Shown here one piece after another: positions 23,701 through 35,921 of a stretch of 64,000 nt of DNA. The notes below the pieces were generated by a model that did not search any database, was not told the origin of the DNA, and was given only the letters and a program-made list of their open reading frames with translations. Positions within the stretch are counted from its first letter, which is position 1; each line of letters starts with the position of its first letter. The translations under genes were made by a program, and so were the position numbers. Source of the DNA: Haliotis rubra (lineage: Eukaryota); NCBI RefSeq assembly GCF_003918875.1, contig NW_025767508.1:1-64000 (forward strand). Direction: 5' to 3'.

Positions 23701-24033
23701 GAAAATCAAGGCAAAAAGAATCCGGCGCTCAGAGGAGGTAAATATGCACTCCATTTACTAATTAACAATATCATTATTGTTAATACATCCTTCATAAAAG
23801 ATATACATTCACTATGTGTGATATCATTATGAGAAACTATATTTTTGGAGAGAGATGAGATAGTTTTATGAACTTTTATTAAACTCTGTGTTGGACGTGT
23901 GAATCTACATATGCTGTGATATGTATATGTGGCATCGTATCCCTCCTAATTTCAGACAGACCTCTTGAAGGACGAAGCAGCAATCAATGAAGCACTATTT
24001 AGATATGAATCGGAAGAAGCCATCATTGACTAA
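14503..24033 (+). CDS. SAMD9-like: SAMD9-like antiviral STAND protein with N-terminal ubiquitin-like domain; exons 14503-14700, 16316-16646, 17910-23737, 23956-24033 (~2144 aa)
   Basis: Giant exon encodes SAM-like repeats, AlbA_2 domain (LEFK...ETLRFACGCLNRRRNGTIYFGIAD...HGQIVG), SIR2-like region (WCAVFDFD), P-loop HHEPGAGGST, Walker B LLLLID, TPR-like and OB-like (FYLGFSLSGPV) regions. GT-AG phases match (0,1,0). Exon 1 is the least certain. Confidence 0.9.
14703..14781. repeat. Compound microsatellite (CA)n(GCAC)n(CA)n(CATA)n
   Basis: Directly visible, immediately after the exon 1 donor. Confidence 0.95.
14874..15010 (-). mobile_element. 3' tail fragment of a dispersed retroelement ending in (ACTC)n
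   Basis: Same sequence family as ~30300-30436 (+) and ~55752-55880 (-). Confidence 0.7.
15030..15805 (+). mobile_element. Non-LTR retrotransposon ORF2 3' remnant
   Basis: LRCSSHELLIEKGRY...RTCQLC...IEDEYHF is the C-terminal zinc-binding motif of LINE ORF2 proteins; upstream part is degenerate. Confidence 0.75.
16811..17690. mobile_element. Degenerate mariner-like element in SAMD9-like intron 2
   Basis: TA|CGAGGGTCGATCAAAA ... TTTTGATCGCCCTCG|TA. Confidence 0.8.
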
Positions 24034-24200
24034 AACCTGTGACATATAAAACGCCTGGATGATATGAAAAACAGGTTTTGTACTTAATTCCAAGAGTGTG
24101 CAGTTTGGTGAGTGAGTGTCTTTAATTCCTCCCTGATAAATAGGAGATATAATGAGGTGAGGCTGGAAAATGTTTGAGTTAATGAGGTGAAAGGGAGAGT

Positions 24201-24815
24201 TTATGTCTGATGATGTCCAAAATGTCCAACCTTGATCGCAAGTGACTTGTTGTCAAAGTGAAGTTCATGTCCACCAAGGAGAGCTAGAGTTTGACTCTCA
24301 GGGTCCATAGTGTCCAGTGTCACATATGTGTCAGGTCTAAAGACGCCAAGTACGGACTTCCACATGATCTCTCTGCTCAAGAGAACAGATGTAGGGCCAG
24401 GTTGTCCAGAGTCACAGTGAGGACACCAGCTTGCAACTATGGGTGTGGCAATCAGGCGAAGCAAGCGGTAGTATTCACTTCTGTGTTTTGGGTCGTACTT
24501 GCTGAGGACCCACAGATAGTGGGGAGAGAAGTAGCTGTGTAGCTGCGAGAACACGTGCAGGTCAGGGTCGTCGTTAAGTCTATGTCTCGGCGAGTTGGCT
24601 TCAAATGTTAGCACTGCTTCCTTAGCGCGATGTTTCCAGGAATGTTTAGAAACTCTCAGACCGTTGTATGCAGAGTTCAGAAGGTTAGAGATATCGTAAT
24701 GTCCACAGCCGCGCTGATCTGTGTTGTTCAGGTGGCAGATGGAGAATCGAAAGAGGACAACAGCTTTAACTGTGCACGGACTTGGATAAGTAACATTTCG
24801 GCCAAAGAGGATGAT
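24201..24815 (-). CDS. Unassigned 204-codon open frame (possible terminal exon), convergent with SAMD9-like
   Basis: Frame is open from 24815 (after TTAG) to the stop at 24201; more GC-rich than its flanks; no motif recognised. Confidence 0.35.
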   Translation of the reverse strand: MILFGRNVTYPSPCTVKAVVLFRFSICHLNNTDQRGCGHYDISNLLNSAYNGLRVSKHSWKHRAKEAVLTFEANSPRHRLNDDPDLHVFSQLHSYFSPHYLWVLSKYDPKHRSEYYRLLRLIATPIVASWCPHCDSGQPGPTSVLLSREIMWKSVLGVFRPDTYVTLDTMDPESQTLALLGGHELHFDNKSLAIKVGHFGHHQT

Positions 24816-25587
24816 CTAACTGATTCATTCTTGAGACCAATGTGCGACATGTCATCATTCATTGTTAACGAAGAGACAATGGATGAAAACCAAAACTGTT
24901 GTATTGTTAAAATATGTTAGTCAATTATGCATAATATTTTGAAAACGACTTGATAATGAGTAAGTGAAATTCGAAAAACTCGTCAGAACTACCGTTTGTG
25001 AGCGTTTATTTTCGCAGTCAAAAAATATCATGCACTATGACAATTATTATTGACAGTGACATTTTGTAATTTAACAAACATTTGGTGTTTATAGATTATC
25101 AATTAATATGGGTTTAAACAAACAAGGGCAATGTGTTTATTGCAAGTATATTATCAGTTGTTTTTTGTGTATATCATAGAATTATAGTCATCGACCTCAC
25201 ACAAAGTTAATGCATTCGGTGTCACTATTCCTCTCAAAATCATTGAGAGATGACAGTGTTTAGAGTACATTTCGAAAGTGCTCAGTGTAATCATTATTGA
25301 TATTGTGTTTGCGATAACATCTATAACATCATCATTACTTCGTTATGTAATGTCTTTCTCTTATTGAAAATATAAATACTCTGATTCCATTATTGTCAGA
25401 GCATCTTGTCTTTAAGTGTCCAATATCAAGAACATTTGTTTCTTAAAGAGCTTAAAGATGTTTTCGCCATGAAGTACAGTAGCAGCCTAATGCAGTGTCC
25501 TACTGGTGTAGAACAATGTAAAGAATTTTCATTAAAAGCAATTTGTAGACAATCACTATTTCACACACACACACACACACACATATA

Positions 25588-27649
25588 CAGGGAATGTGTG
25601 AAACCACGGATTTCACGTAATCCCTAAAAGAGTCAGTGATTTCATGAAATCCCTGTTACCCCCAGGGATTTCATGTATTTCTTAAAATTTCCAGGCATTT
25701 CATGAAATTACTGAAATATTAGCTCAGGGATTTCATGAAATCCCTGTAAGCCTTTATTGAAAAAGAGAACACCAAATTTATAATGCGAGTACAGAGTATA
25801 TGCGGATAAAATTTATTTGTTTGGACAAGATAGACTGTTATGATACAAGCTATTACACTTCAGTAGCACTTTAAACATTTACAACGTATAGATTTACATT
25901 GGTTAGGATCACAGTTACATTTCTGGAAACCCTGACCACCACAATTCGACTCGAAAATCACAGCTGCGTGGAGAAACAGTTCTTTGTCCATTGCCACAAC
26001 ATTCGTAGAGTGAAGACGCTGAGGACAAACACGAAATATGTGCTTTGACAAAATACCTTTTCCTTCTCAATGGCCTAATCTGTTTATGCTTAAACGTCTA
26101 TTTTGAATAAAGAAAAGCATTTTTTTTTTAAAACCTCGCTAAATTTTTAAATGCTATTTCACAGTAAAATGTTGAGCCTTTCCGTACGGAATTATGAGAG
26201 ACACCTGTGCCACAATATACAGAGTATAATATAAGAATATTAAAAAATGCAATGAAAAGGGTACAAGTTACATTAAGAAGATATATACAAATTTGTAGTA
26301 CGCTTTTAAAGAATATTGAGGCAGGTTTGGGCGGATAAAAACGACACACCTGGACAAACTAGAAATAAAGATTAACTCTTTCAACATACACAGATTGAAA
26401 AGACTTGTACATTAGATAAAAGTTACAATCCCTCATCAGCATACAAAAGACAATGCAATAAAACATGACACTCATCTTCAATAAAATCTTTACAGTAAAA
26501 GCAAATTCTTTCAGTTTCGATTCTAAGCGAAATCGCTAAAAACAACCTCTGTAACTTTTGAAACTACAAAAGGAATATTGATACTCAACGTTGATATCCT
26601 TATATCAACACCCAACGACAAATTATTAATCATAACAATAAGATGCACTAGCAAGTGTGATGCCGCGATTTCAACACAATTAGTGCCAGTTAAATTAGGA
26701 AGCATCCAGGAAATGTGCCAACAAGATTAGTGCCAGTTGAAATAGGATTAACAGGATTAAGTACTTTCCCTGCCTGGTCATTTAAGTTGTTCTTGTAGGA
26801 CACATCCCATTCTGCATAATCTGTATTTCATTGGTTATTGTAGGTTACACCCATTTTTGTATCAGTCAACGAATCATAACCTCTTCCTTGTTTCAAATTT
26901 AGATATATTGTAACAAACTCCAATTATTTGTCAGTAGGGTTTAGACTCCCAACACAGGTCAGCTCAAGCCCCCAGCCCAGAGGGTTGTACCGACTCTCTG
27001 TGGCCACCCCATGTTATTCCATTCTTGTAAATAAAATTGTGATTAGATTCTTGTGACTTCGGACTCTTTGCTGAGTCAATTCCCCTAAGCAGACCAGCAC
27101 GCGAGTTAGATAAGGGGTTTCACCAGAACCCTCACTTGGACCCAAGACCCTTATCATAATATTATAAAAGATAATCTATACAGATGTCATTTGTCAAAGC
27201 ATCAGCTGGAATATTATCGAAACCCGGTGATTTCCCTCTCTTAGCTTGACATAGTGTCATCAGTAAATAGTAAAGTTTTCAACTCCTAAGACCTAAGGGA
27301 TGAAATGAGACTCAACAGTAAAGTCGTAAGTAAATCAACTTGCTACCCCGACTCAAGGTAGTAATTAGCCAAAAAGGTCATCGGTAAATTGTCAAAGTTT
27401 TCAACTCCTAAGACCTAAGGGATCAAATGAGACTCAACAGTAAAGTTTTAAACTACAAACATTAATTTCACACATTCACTGATATCCTAACAGGGAATGT
27501 GTGTAATGAGACACCATGAAAATCAGTAATTTCATGAAATCCCTTGAAATTTTAGGGAATACATGAAATCCCTGGGAGTCACAGTGATTTCACGAAATCA
27601 CTGAATCTTTTAGGGATTACGTGAAATCCCTGGTTTCACACATTCCCTG
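25588..27649. mobile_element. Non-autonomous TIR DNA transposon with KRBA2/Ginger-like Cys-rich tail remnant
   Basis: TA|CAGGGAATGTGTGAAACC...GGTTTCACACATTCCCTG|TA with ~110-bp TIRs; minus strand GGQGFQKCNC...CKSIRCKCLK..KCNS..HNSLSCPNK* at ~25813-25945. Confidence 0.8.
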
Positions 27650-28344
27650 TAATATATACACACATATACACAGACGCAAGTGTTTACGCGTGACATATAC
27701 ACTATCAAGTACAACAGTATCCCAGTGAGGTATATATTAGCAAGAACATGTGCATCTTAGTGAACTATCTATCATCAAAAACCTGTTTATCATTTTCAAG
27801 AACATTGATCCTGTTTCCTTACGATGTAGCTTGTTATTGAAACAAAAAGAAGTGTTTTGAAATAACCAATCATTGGCGTGCCATTTGACACAGGCCCCAG
27901 GTTATGGCGGTAACAAAGACATACAAAATGCTAAATAAAACGAAACAGGTAATCGTTGTTTATCACAAAGTTCTTACAGATTACACACACTCGAGATTTG
28001 ATATATATTACATAATAAGAACACGATCATCATAACAAACTAAAACAGGGTTTAAGGATGATTTTGAAATCAACTCCTTGTTTGGATGAAAGATTTAAGT
28101 TTATCAGTTTGTTTCAACATCTGATAGAAAGGAAAAAGTCGACCAGGGTGTAGGTGTAGTCAAATGTTATCTAGGTCAGTCAAAAATGTATGTGATACAT
28201 TCAGAAACATATTTGGATATAAACTGTTAAGTTTGCTAATAAGCAGTTCTGAAATAAGTTCTGAAGTTATTTAACAGAGATCTGAGTATAAACATTTAAT
28301 GTTGTCATTGTTGGCTTGGTTTGAAAATAGTTACAGTTTTGGTG

Positions 28345-28600
28345 ACCGCCTACGTGGTGTAGTGGTTTGAGCGTCCGCCCGGAGAGCGGAAGGTCGCGGG
28401 TTCGATCCCCGGCTGCGTCAAACCAAAAGACGTTAAAATATGGTACTTGTTCGTCCCTGCCTGGTGCTGGGCATGAATGGGTAAAACAAGGATTGGTCGG
28501 CCCTGACTCAGTATAATGTGTCTGGGTGGGGTATTCATGCTTAACTGCAGCATGGTATCTCAGTGAGCTAGCACTAAAAACCCACGACATTAAACCACAT
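28345..28600 (+). mobile_element. tRNA-derived SINE (Meta-domain-like body)
   Basis: Head GTGGTGTAGTGG (A box) ... GGTTCGATCCC (B box), then gtcaaaccaaaagacgttaaaatatggtac...cagtgagctagcacta body. Confidence 0.8.
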
Positions 28601-30156
28601 TTCATCTCCCTCACCTCAGTTTTGTTGAGTGTTAAGTCAAAGACAAAATACTTCGTATTTTATGCTTATTTTGTCTCTGTAGTACTGTTCGTGTTCTCGT
28701 AGAGGACCAACCAGACCTACATAGTCATTTACTGGCATTGATTCATGAGGTTTGTGGCTTCCACCATAGGACAAAATTCATTGCGCAAAAAAATTCAAAA
28801 ACTTTCAACAATCATTGCACAAGGCTTCATTTTATTTGGATAGCCTTTAAGCTACATAGACTATGGACTATAGAATGTTACATATTATTCCCACTAAGTG
28901 GGAAACATAACTGACTGATGACTGGTGACTAATTCTTATCTTGGCCTTCAGATGTGATTTTACAAATTGTCAAAAGGTTCAAAACTCTTTAATGAAAAAC
29001 TTAATTTTCTCAAGTGTTATTCAACTATTTGTAACAAATGATGCAAATTACCGATATTGACATCTACACGGAGGAAGCATTTTTACATGATAACGTTTGT
29101 TTCTTTTATGAAAATGAACCAGAATCATCGATGCATGTTTAAACAGAATGCGACTCATTTTGAACATCTCGAGAACACTGTCCTTATAATAGTTTGCCTT
29201 TTGAAATTAAGTTTGATGAATTCCAAGTACATTTGGCTCTCAGTGACAAGACTCTAAAGAATAATTAATCATAATTATTCGTATAAAAGACATTTTTTTC
29301 AAAGAAGTAACCTGATCATTAAGACATATTCGTAATGGGCGCGGTGGGCCAGCTGACTAAGGCGCCAGTGCTATTAAATCCCAATCAAATTTATTAAATA
29401 TGGAGGAAAATAAAAGAATTCATGGCTGAAAATAAACTTAATAAAATGTTTACATATTTAGTTTGGCATGCACTAGGTCTGTATTTGTCCGGTTTTTCTG
29501 CACAAATGAGTGTGCTTCAAATGTTGTTTTTAAATAGAACAAACCATAATTCAAGGGAGTTTGTGACTACGATCCTGATGGAAGGACTGAAAAGCTACAT
29601 TCCTCTGTATACCAGTGGGGTCTTTTATGACTTTTTTTTGTGTTAGAACATATTCATCAGGTATACCCGCGTATTTAACTCATTTATTCACGTTTGAGAC
29701 GAAATTGGATTATCTACAACGAATTTGTTTTGTACAAAGACTCGTGTTTTCAAACGTAATGCTTAAGTAATAAGAAAGACTGCATGTATTTGTACTTTAC
29801 GTATCTAAGTAGCGTAAAATAATTTTCCTTCGAGGTGGGTTTGCAAGTTCCAGGTCATTCAAAGAATATTTATGCATTCCAGTGCTTAAAGCGTAGTTGA
29901 TTTGCCTTCTTTAAATTTTGATGTAATGTACCAAGCTTTGTCGCGGGCTGAAGGGTTAGTATGCATTCTGCTTGGGAACCATTTAGATAACAGTTTAAGT
30001 AACATAGTTACCTTAACTCGCTTTGGTTCCTTGTATGGTGACTTATGTGCTGGTAATCTATAGTCTGTTTCTAAACTGTTTTGCTATGTATAGTTATATC
30101 TTCTTAAGGGTACATATAAAGTTTAATACCCTTGTCGACTTTGTCCTATACACTTC

Positions 30157-30436
30157 TAATGTAAGTATCCATGGACCCTAGTATGGTGATCTACCTTCAG
30201 TTGTTTGTGATCTATAGCCCGTTTTTATTTTGTATTGTCTATAGTGATTTAATTTTATGATAGCGTACTAGTTTGTATATCTGTGATGCTCTAGTATTTT
30301 TACTGCCCTGCAATGACAGTTTTTAACGTTCTACATTTATTGATTTTGATATTGTTCTCTTGTATTGACTTGTTCTCGTCACGATATGGCTGAAATATCG
30401 CCCATGTGACGTTAAATATCAACTCAGTCACTCACT
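30157..30436 (+). mobile_element. Dispersed retroelement 3' region ending in (ACTC)n
   Basis: Matches ~55752-56030 in reverse orientation (tagtatggtgatctaccttcagttgtt..., cgtcacgatatggctgaaatat...). Confidence 0.75.
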
Positions 30437-31594
30437 AATATAAGTATCATTGTAAATAACGTGTTCTTGTAATAAAGTATCCCTGAGGTGACTTAAAACG
30501 ACTCACTCAGTCACTCCAGTGATCATTTCAAGGTATAAATATTTTGTTTCTACGCATATTTCGATTCTTGTTCCAGTATTTGTGTTTGTAATTAAATATG
30601 TTAATCTCCATTGATTTTCTTGTGATTTCTTTCTCTTATAACGACACGGAGGCTGAGAAGGATTTGGTTTAAAATGACGACATAATTCCTTTTGGAAATT
30701 AAATTTAAATTATGTGAAAGGAAAGGGCCTTTGAAATCTGCGTTTGTACTCAAGAACTATTACAAAACCTACAGAATTTGTTTTTTTCTAACAAGACGGT
30801 TGGGTGCAATATGTACTGAGAGTAACAAATATAGGAACACATGAAAATTCAAGTGTTCCTTTAATATTTCCTAGTTTTCATCACCAGCTTTGAATAGCGT
30901 TGTGAGAGGAAATCTGAGAACAAATAAAGGAAAACTGCCATGAAGTGGTGTTCCCTTATTTGTTTCCCTTAGTATATATAAAATTGGAACATCCTCATAC
31001 ATCAGTGCTCAAAGAGCGCAACAGACCATTTTTTTCATTGACTCGTAGTATGATATGAAAACAAAAATTAAATCTACTGTTTGTTTTTGTTATATAATCC
31101 CGCATTTGGCAAAAATACCTGTACGACGACTTCTTGTAAATACTGGAATCTAACGGACCAGACAAACCAGTGATCGATCCATTTTGTCTCCTCTCACAAC
31201 CAGCACAGATTGGTGAGCACTTATTCAGGGCCACTCACGCACGTACACACACACTTACAGGTATGTCAATGCTAAGGCGCAGTATTTTTTAAAGCTACGT
31301 TAAAATCCATTTCGCCGCTCTTCACTTAATCAATGTGATGCATTTTCGTATGTGTCATTGCCGAGCTGGGTAAGAACGAGTGCCATCTTTTAACGTCTTT
31401 TGGGGATCCAGGTTCGAACCGAACTTCTGCTCTCCTATCAGATCCACTATCCACTAGATCACGGTCACTTTGCATGTACATATTAATGTTTGTGTTAAAA
31501 GACGAGGACAACATACATGCCAAGAAATTTATTTCTGAACCCCTGTATAAAATTAGAAAAAAGAATTTAAACAATATTCCTGCAAATTTCTGTT

Positions 31595-33946
31595 TTATGA
31601 GCACTGATACGTCTTGCACGTGCAGGCTGTTGGCATTAGCATGGTTACCTTGGTGATCCTTTCACCGTAGGCCAACCCAGCACAGTACGCCCACACCCCT
31701 GTCTGTCTGTAGCTGGCCTCACAACGGCTAATTGTACCATAGCTTGCTTTGGCCGAACACCCATGTCTGAAAAATGACAAAATACCTTCAGCTTCTATAT
31801 ACATACAAAAGAAAACACTTGTTTGATTGGTCGGTTTATAAAGAAACTGCTAATTATATAAATTATTCAGCTACACTCTATCTGTCTAGATCCTACTGGC
31901 TTTGCTATACACTGGTTGGTGTGATCAGTCATCTAAATTTCACATCTTTCTACAATTTCACCAAAAAGGCCTCTTCCAGATAAACAATATTTCCCTGCGT
32001 TCAATAAATGTTAGGGATCTAATTAAGTCAGATCTTTAATTTCAATACAACTCTGTCTACGTTCTCATCAGACTCCACTTCCAGTTCGTGTTAGGTAAAA
32101 AAGTGGAAACCTAGATTTCTCACTAGCTCAACTTGAGTGCCAAATCTCCCTCACTAACTTGGAACACACTGATTTTCATACAAAACCATGTCTGTACAAG
32201 TATGGCCCTGGAATGTTTAATGCTGCATTTCTTTTATGAATGTGAAGACCAAAGCCAACACCAACCCGCAGTTGTAGAAGCTGACGTCTTGGTACACGGG
32301 GTTGATGACCCAGCAGTAGTTGTTGTAGGAGTAGAAGCGTCTCAAGGTCAGGGACTGTCCTTGGCAGCCATCAGAGTAGGCTGCTTGACGTTTAAATCTG
32401 TAATTGTGAACACCCAAGTTGAGACGGAAGGTTGTAGTGTAATATGGATATGAAATATTTACACAAGATATTCATGCAAATGAAGTTCGTCGAGACATAT
32501 GTTGGCCTATGAGACTCTAAAAATCAATTCGCATAAGGTTAGATGAGAATTTCTTACCTCTGTCGCTGTCTTCCAAACATCTAAAACCTGTATTTGCACA
32601 CTTAACCATTCATCGGAATAAGCTAAACTGGCATGCACATGTATCTGGAAATGTGCATCATATATATTTGTTCTTTTTATTATTACTTTCTCGTTAGGAA
32701 CAAACACAAGCATACCTTTGTCCATGTATGGCCATGTGTGGCTGGAGGTTGTATTTACCCCTGAATCGACCACCAGTTCCTAAATCAAATATGGCGGCTC
32801 TGATCTTTGGTCGTTGCTCAAGTTCGAAGATGATATCATGTCTGAAAATTAAGTACAATCAATAGCTGCAGCTGGGCATTAACAATCAAGTCTGGAACAG
32901 ATAATCACTGGATTATCTGGACTGAGACAAAGATGACAAAGAATCAAAATAAAACCATAATGAACTTCTTTTTAAGCGCAATAACTCTGCAAAGATAACA
33001 AGAGAGAAAGGAAAAACTAAGTGAATAAATATACGAATGCTGTTGAACATTAACATTCTATAGATAAATGTGGGTAGTAGTGTGTTCGGCCTCTTCGTGG
33101 TATTCCAGCCGAATCAAACTATGGTACCCTAGGTTAACGCGTCACGCACTGGACCCATGTCAGGTGTATCAGAGCTGCGAAGATGAATACAGCGAGGTGT
33201 TTCACTTACTTTGGGTAGCTGTAAGACAAGTGAGAGAACTGATACAGAACATAAGGCTCTGGTTGAAGGCCGCACTTGAGGATAGCAGGGTTGACAACAG
33301 GGGCTGAAACAACAGCGGTCTTTAGACTAGGTGACGTTGCCAGGGCGCTGGATGAAGCGGAGAACGGCTCGGGAAAATCTGGATGTGGCATAGCAGGGAA
33401 GTCGGGTTTAAGGGAAGCTGCGCTAGGTATAATGTCCTTGACAATACCAGAAGCTGGAGGAGCTTTGGGAAATGTGGAGGCTGGTAAAACGTCATGGACG
33501 ATAATGTTTGAGCTTGGGACGACGTCATGAACAACGTTTTCGGAAAATGATTTAGGTATGATGTTATGGATGACGTCGTGAACGATAGCATCAGATCCGG
33601 ATTCAGGTACAACGTCGCGAACAACGTCTACCACATCAGATGATAAACCTGTGACAACATCTACCACACCACTGTTGCCGGGATCGGGAACAACATCTTT
33701 TACAACGCTGTTTGACTGTGGATCGTGGACAATGTGGATACCGTCACCACCATGGACATCGACAGGGTCTTTAATAAAGTCGCCATTTCCACCTACAGCG
33801 GAGTGATCAGGCACAACGTCGATGACATCACCTGGATTCGGTCCAAAATGTCCCAAGTCTCTAGGATGAATCTGGGAAGACACGATTCCAACGAGGACAG
33901 ACACCAGTAGAACGTATGCCTGCAACAGTTTAAGGAGAACAATCAT
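31595..33946 (-). CDS. Secreted precursor with D/V/H-rich pro-region and C-terminal Spaetzle/neurotrophin-like cystine knot; exons 33946(or 33919)-33210, 32397-32266, 31766-31595 (~346 aa)
   Basis: Signal-like AYVLLVSVLVGIVSS-Q; phase-2 GT-AG introns match; KFKR|Q followed by a 97-aa domain with 9 Cys ending MPTACTCKTYQCS*. Confidence 0.75.
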
Positions 33947-34269
33947 GATTTTATTCGAGACATTGAAATCTTGTAAATTTGCATTTTGTGGAAATATGAG
34001 TTGTGAAATTGAGTTAACTTGGTGTGAAATGTTATTGCAGTCATCCACGCCGGTGTTGTCAGTGCCGGCCACAGGCTCTCCAGACACTGTTACAACTACA
34101 CCATGGAGGCGATCGTATTGTTGTAATATTCTTCCTACAGGAACAGGAGGTTTGTTACTTTGAAAACGCGATCAAATAATACACTATATAATTCAGACTG
34201 GTAAAGGTCAAAGACTGTATCACTGTTTTCCCGCCACAACCAAGCTACCACGTCATCTGATCAAAGCGG

Positions 34270-34429
34270 GGCGGTAGGGTAGCCTAATGGTTAAAGCGTT
34301 CGCTCGTCACGCTGAAGACCCGGGTTCGATTCCCCACATGTATGGGTACAATGTGTTGAGCCCATTTGTGGTGTCCCCTGCCGTGATATTGCTGGAATGG
34401 TGCTAAAAGCGGCGTAAACATGAACTCAC
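34270..34429 (+). mobile_element. Full-length tRNA-derived SINE with (ACTC) tail
   Basis: A box GTAGCCTAATGG, B box GGTTCGATTCC; TSD tctgatcaaagcgg at 34256-34269 and 34430-34443. Confidence 0.9.
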
Positions 34430-35765
34430 TCTGATCAAAGCGGCGTTCTACCCATATGTCAGCTGCATTTGGTCAAGCATTGTCAGTGTTAGAAATGCTA
34501 TTTGGTAGTGTGGCATTAATAATGCTTTCTCGCCTTTTTAACATTGACAAAAACGTTATTTGTCAACAGCCTCTAAATGACGCAATACAGGTAAACAACA
34601 CGCCTTTCCATTATAAGATACATAATTATCCAAAACACGTAAACCAAAATATGAACATTATTTAGGAACTGGAAGTGGCCACTCATTAAACGGTGGGGTC
34701 ACCAAAGACATGCATTTGGGACAGGTATAAAATTTTAGCGAATCTTCAGTCGTTTATGAAACATTTTAACATAGTTCGTCGTAATTACAAACTGCCCTAG
34801 GCATTTAAATAGGAACGATAATCTAGCCTTTGGTCGTTTTCTGATATCTTAAACACGGATTGGGGCACCTATCGCTGTAATGCGGGTTAGTTTCCATTAA
34901 ACCAACGGGTTTATTCTACGATGTTTTAACCCAGGTGGAGGAATAACCAGATGTGTGGTTTATTGTATCCACCCTTTAAATACTTATCTGAGATGTATGA
35001 CTTACTACATGTCTGTGCACTTAATATTATTCTGTTAATGAATCTACTGAATGTATTAAACCATTCATCAATTTCTGCATGTTGCCCTTCAATAATCATC
35101 ATCCATCGTTTCACCATGATGTTTACCTTTACCTGTTATTGCTGCTCAGTCACGCATGTATGGGTTTAGTGGGGACATGGCTTGAGACAGAACATTCTTT
35201 CAGTTAGCGTTTCGAGAGATACTATGCTAAATTTATTTAAAATGATGCGTCAAGCGATTGAGGGAACCGCTTCACTTTTATCAGATCACCCAAAATGTCC
35301 GTAGAAGGATGTTTCTTTAAAACACTTAAGGAGAGCTTTTGCATCCACGGGAACAGATATTTGAAGTTAGAAGTCATGACCGCCCCTCGTGCCATGACTT
35401 GTGGCACGATAATAGCTACACGAAAGAACCCTGCGATTACTAGTAATGCTATTTCACAAAGGGAACATTGAAAATGTTGAATGATCATACCATGTGCTTT
35501 TCAATGATCTGTTCACATATATGTTCACCGGTATTATACATTTCCTGCCCGACAGATTCTGTTTTGGTCGGTATTCTCAGGTGGAAACGTTTTATATATT
35601 TATTAGGTCAATCTTTGCACACATGGAGCTAGTTATTCATAGAAATTCATATGATTATTTAGTAAAAATTATCAATAAAATAAGTAGTTTAAAATTATTT
35701 TACATGTTTCCGAATGAACAAACTCTCACAAAAATTCTTTGAGAGGCATTTTAGAAGTTCTAAAG

Positions 35766-35921
35766 ATGGAGGAAAACCAGGTTCTATAGATTGTCAACTT
35801 CTTTATTGCAATGAGTGCGACGTTTCGGTGTAGGTACTAACACCATTATCTACCGAAACGTCGCACTCATTTCAATGAACAAGTTGACTATGCATAGAAA
35901 TCGAACTTAGTTTTCCTTCAT
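35766..35921. mobile_element. Penelope-like inverted terminal remnants with hammerhead-like motif
   Basis: Two inverted arms each carrying CCGAAACGTCGCACTCAT; left arm has a GGTGT-loop-ACACC stem before GAAAC. Confidence 0.6.

Noticed and set aside
26909-27158. Possible solo LTR (TGTAA start, AATAAA, ATAT flanks)
   Set aside because: 3' terminus and TSD are ambiguous and there is no second copy in the window.
28345-28420. tRNA gene (also at 34270)
   Set aside because: A and B boxes run into SINE bodies with no acceptor-stem closure or terminator.
33947-34087. N-terminal extension of the 293-aa ORF
   Set aside because: Non-ATG start lying before the signal peptide; probably intron or UTR.
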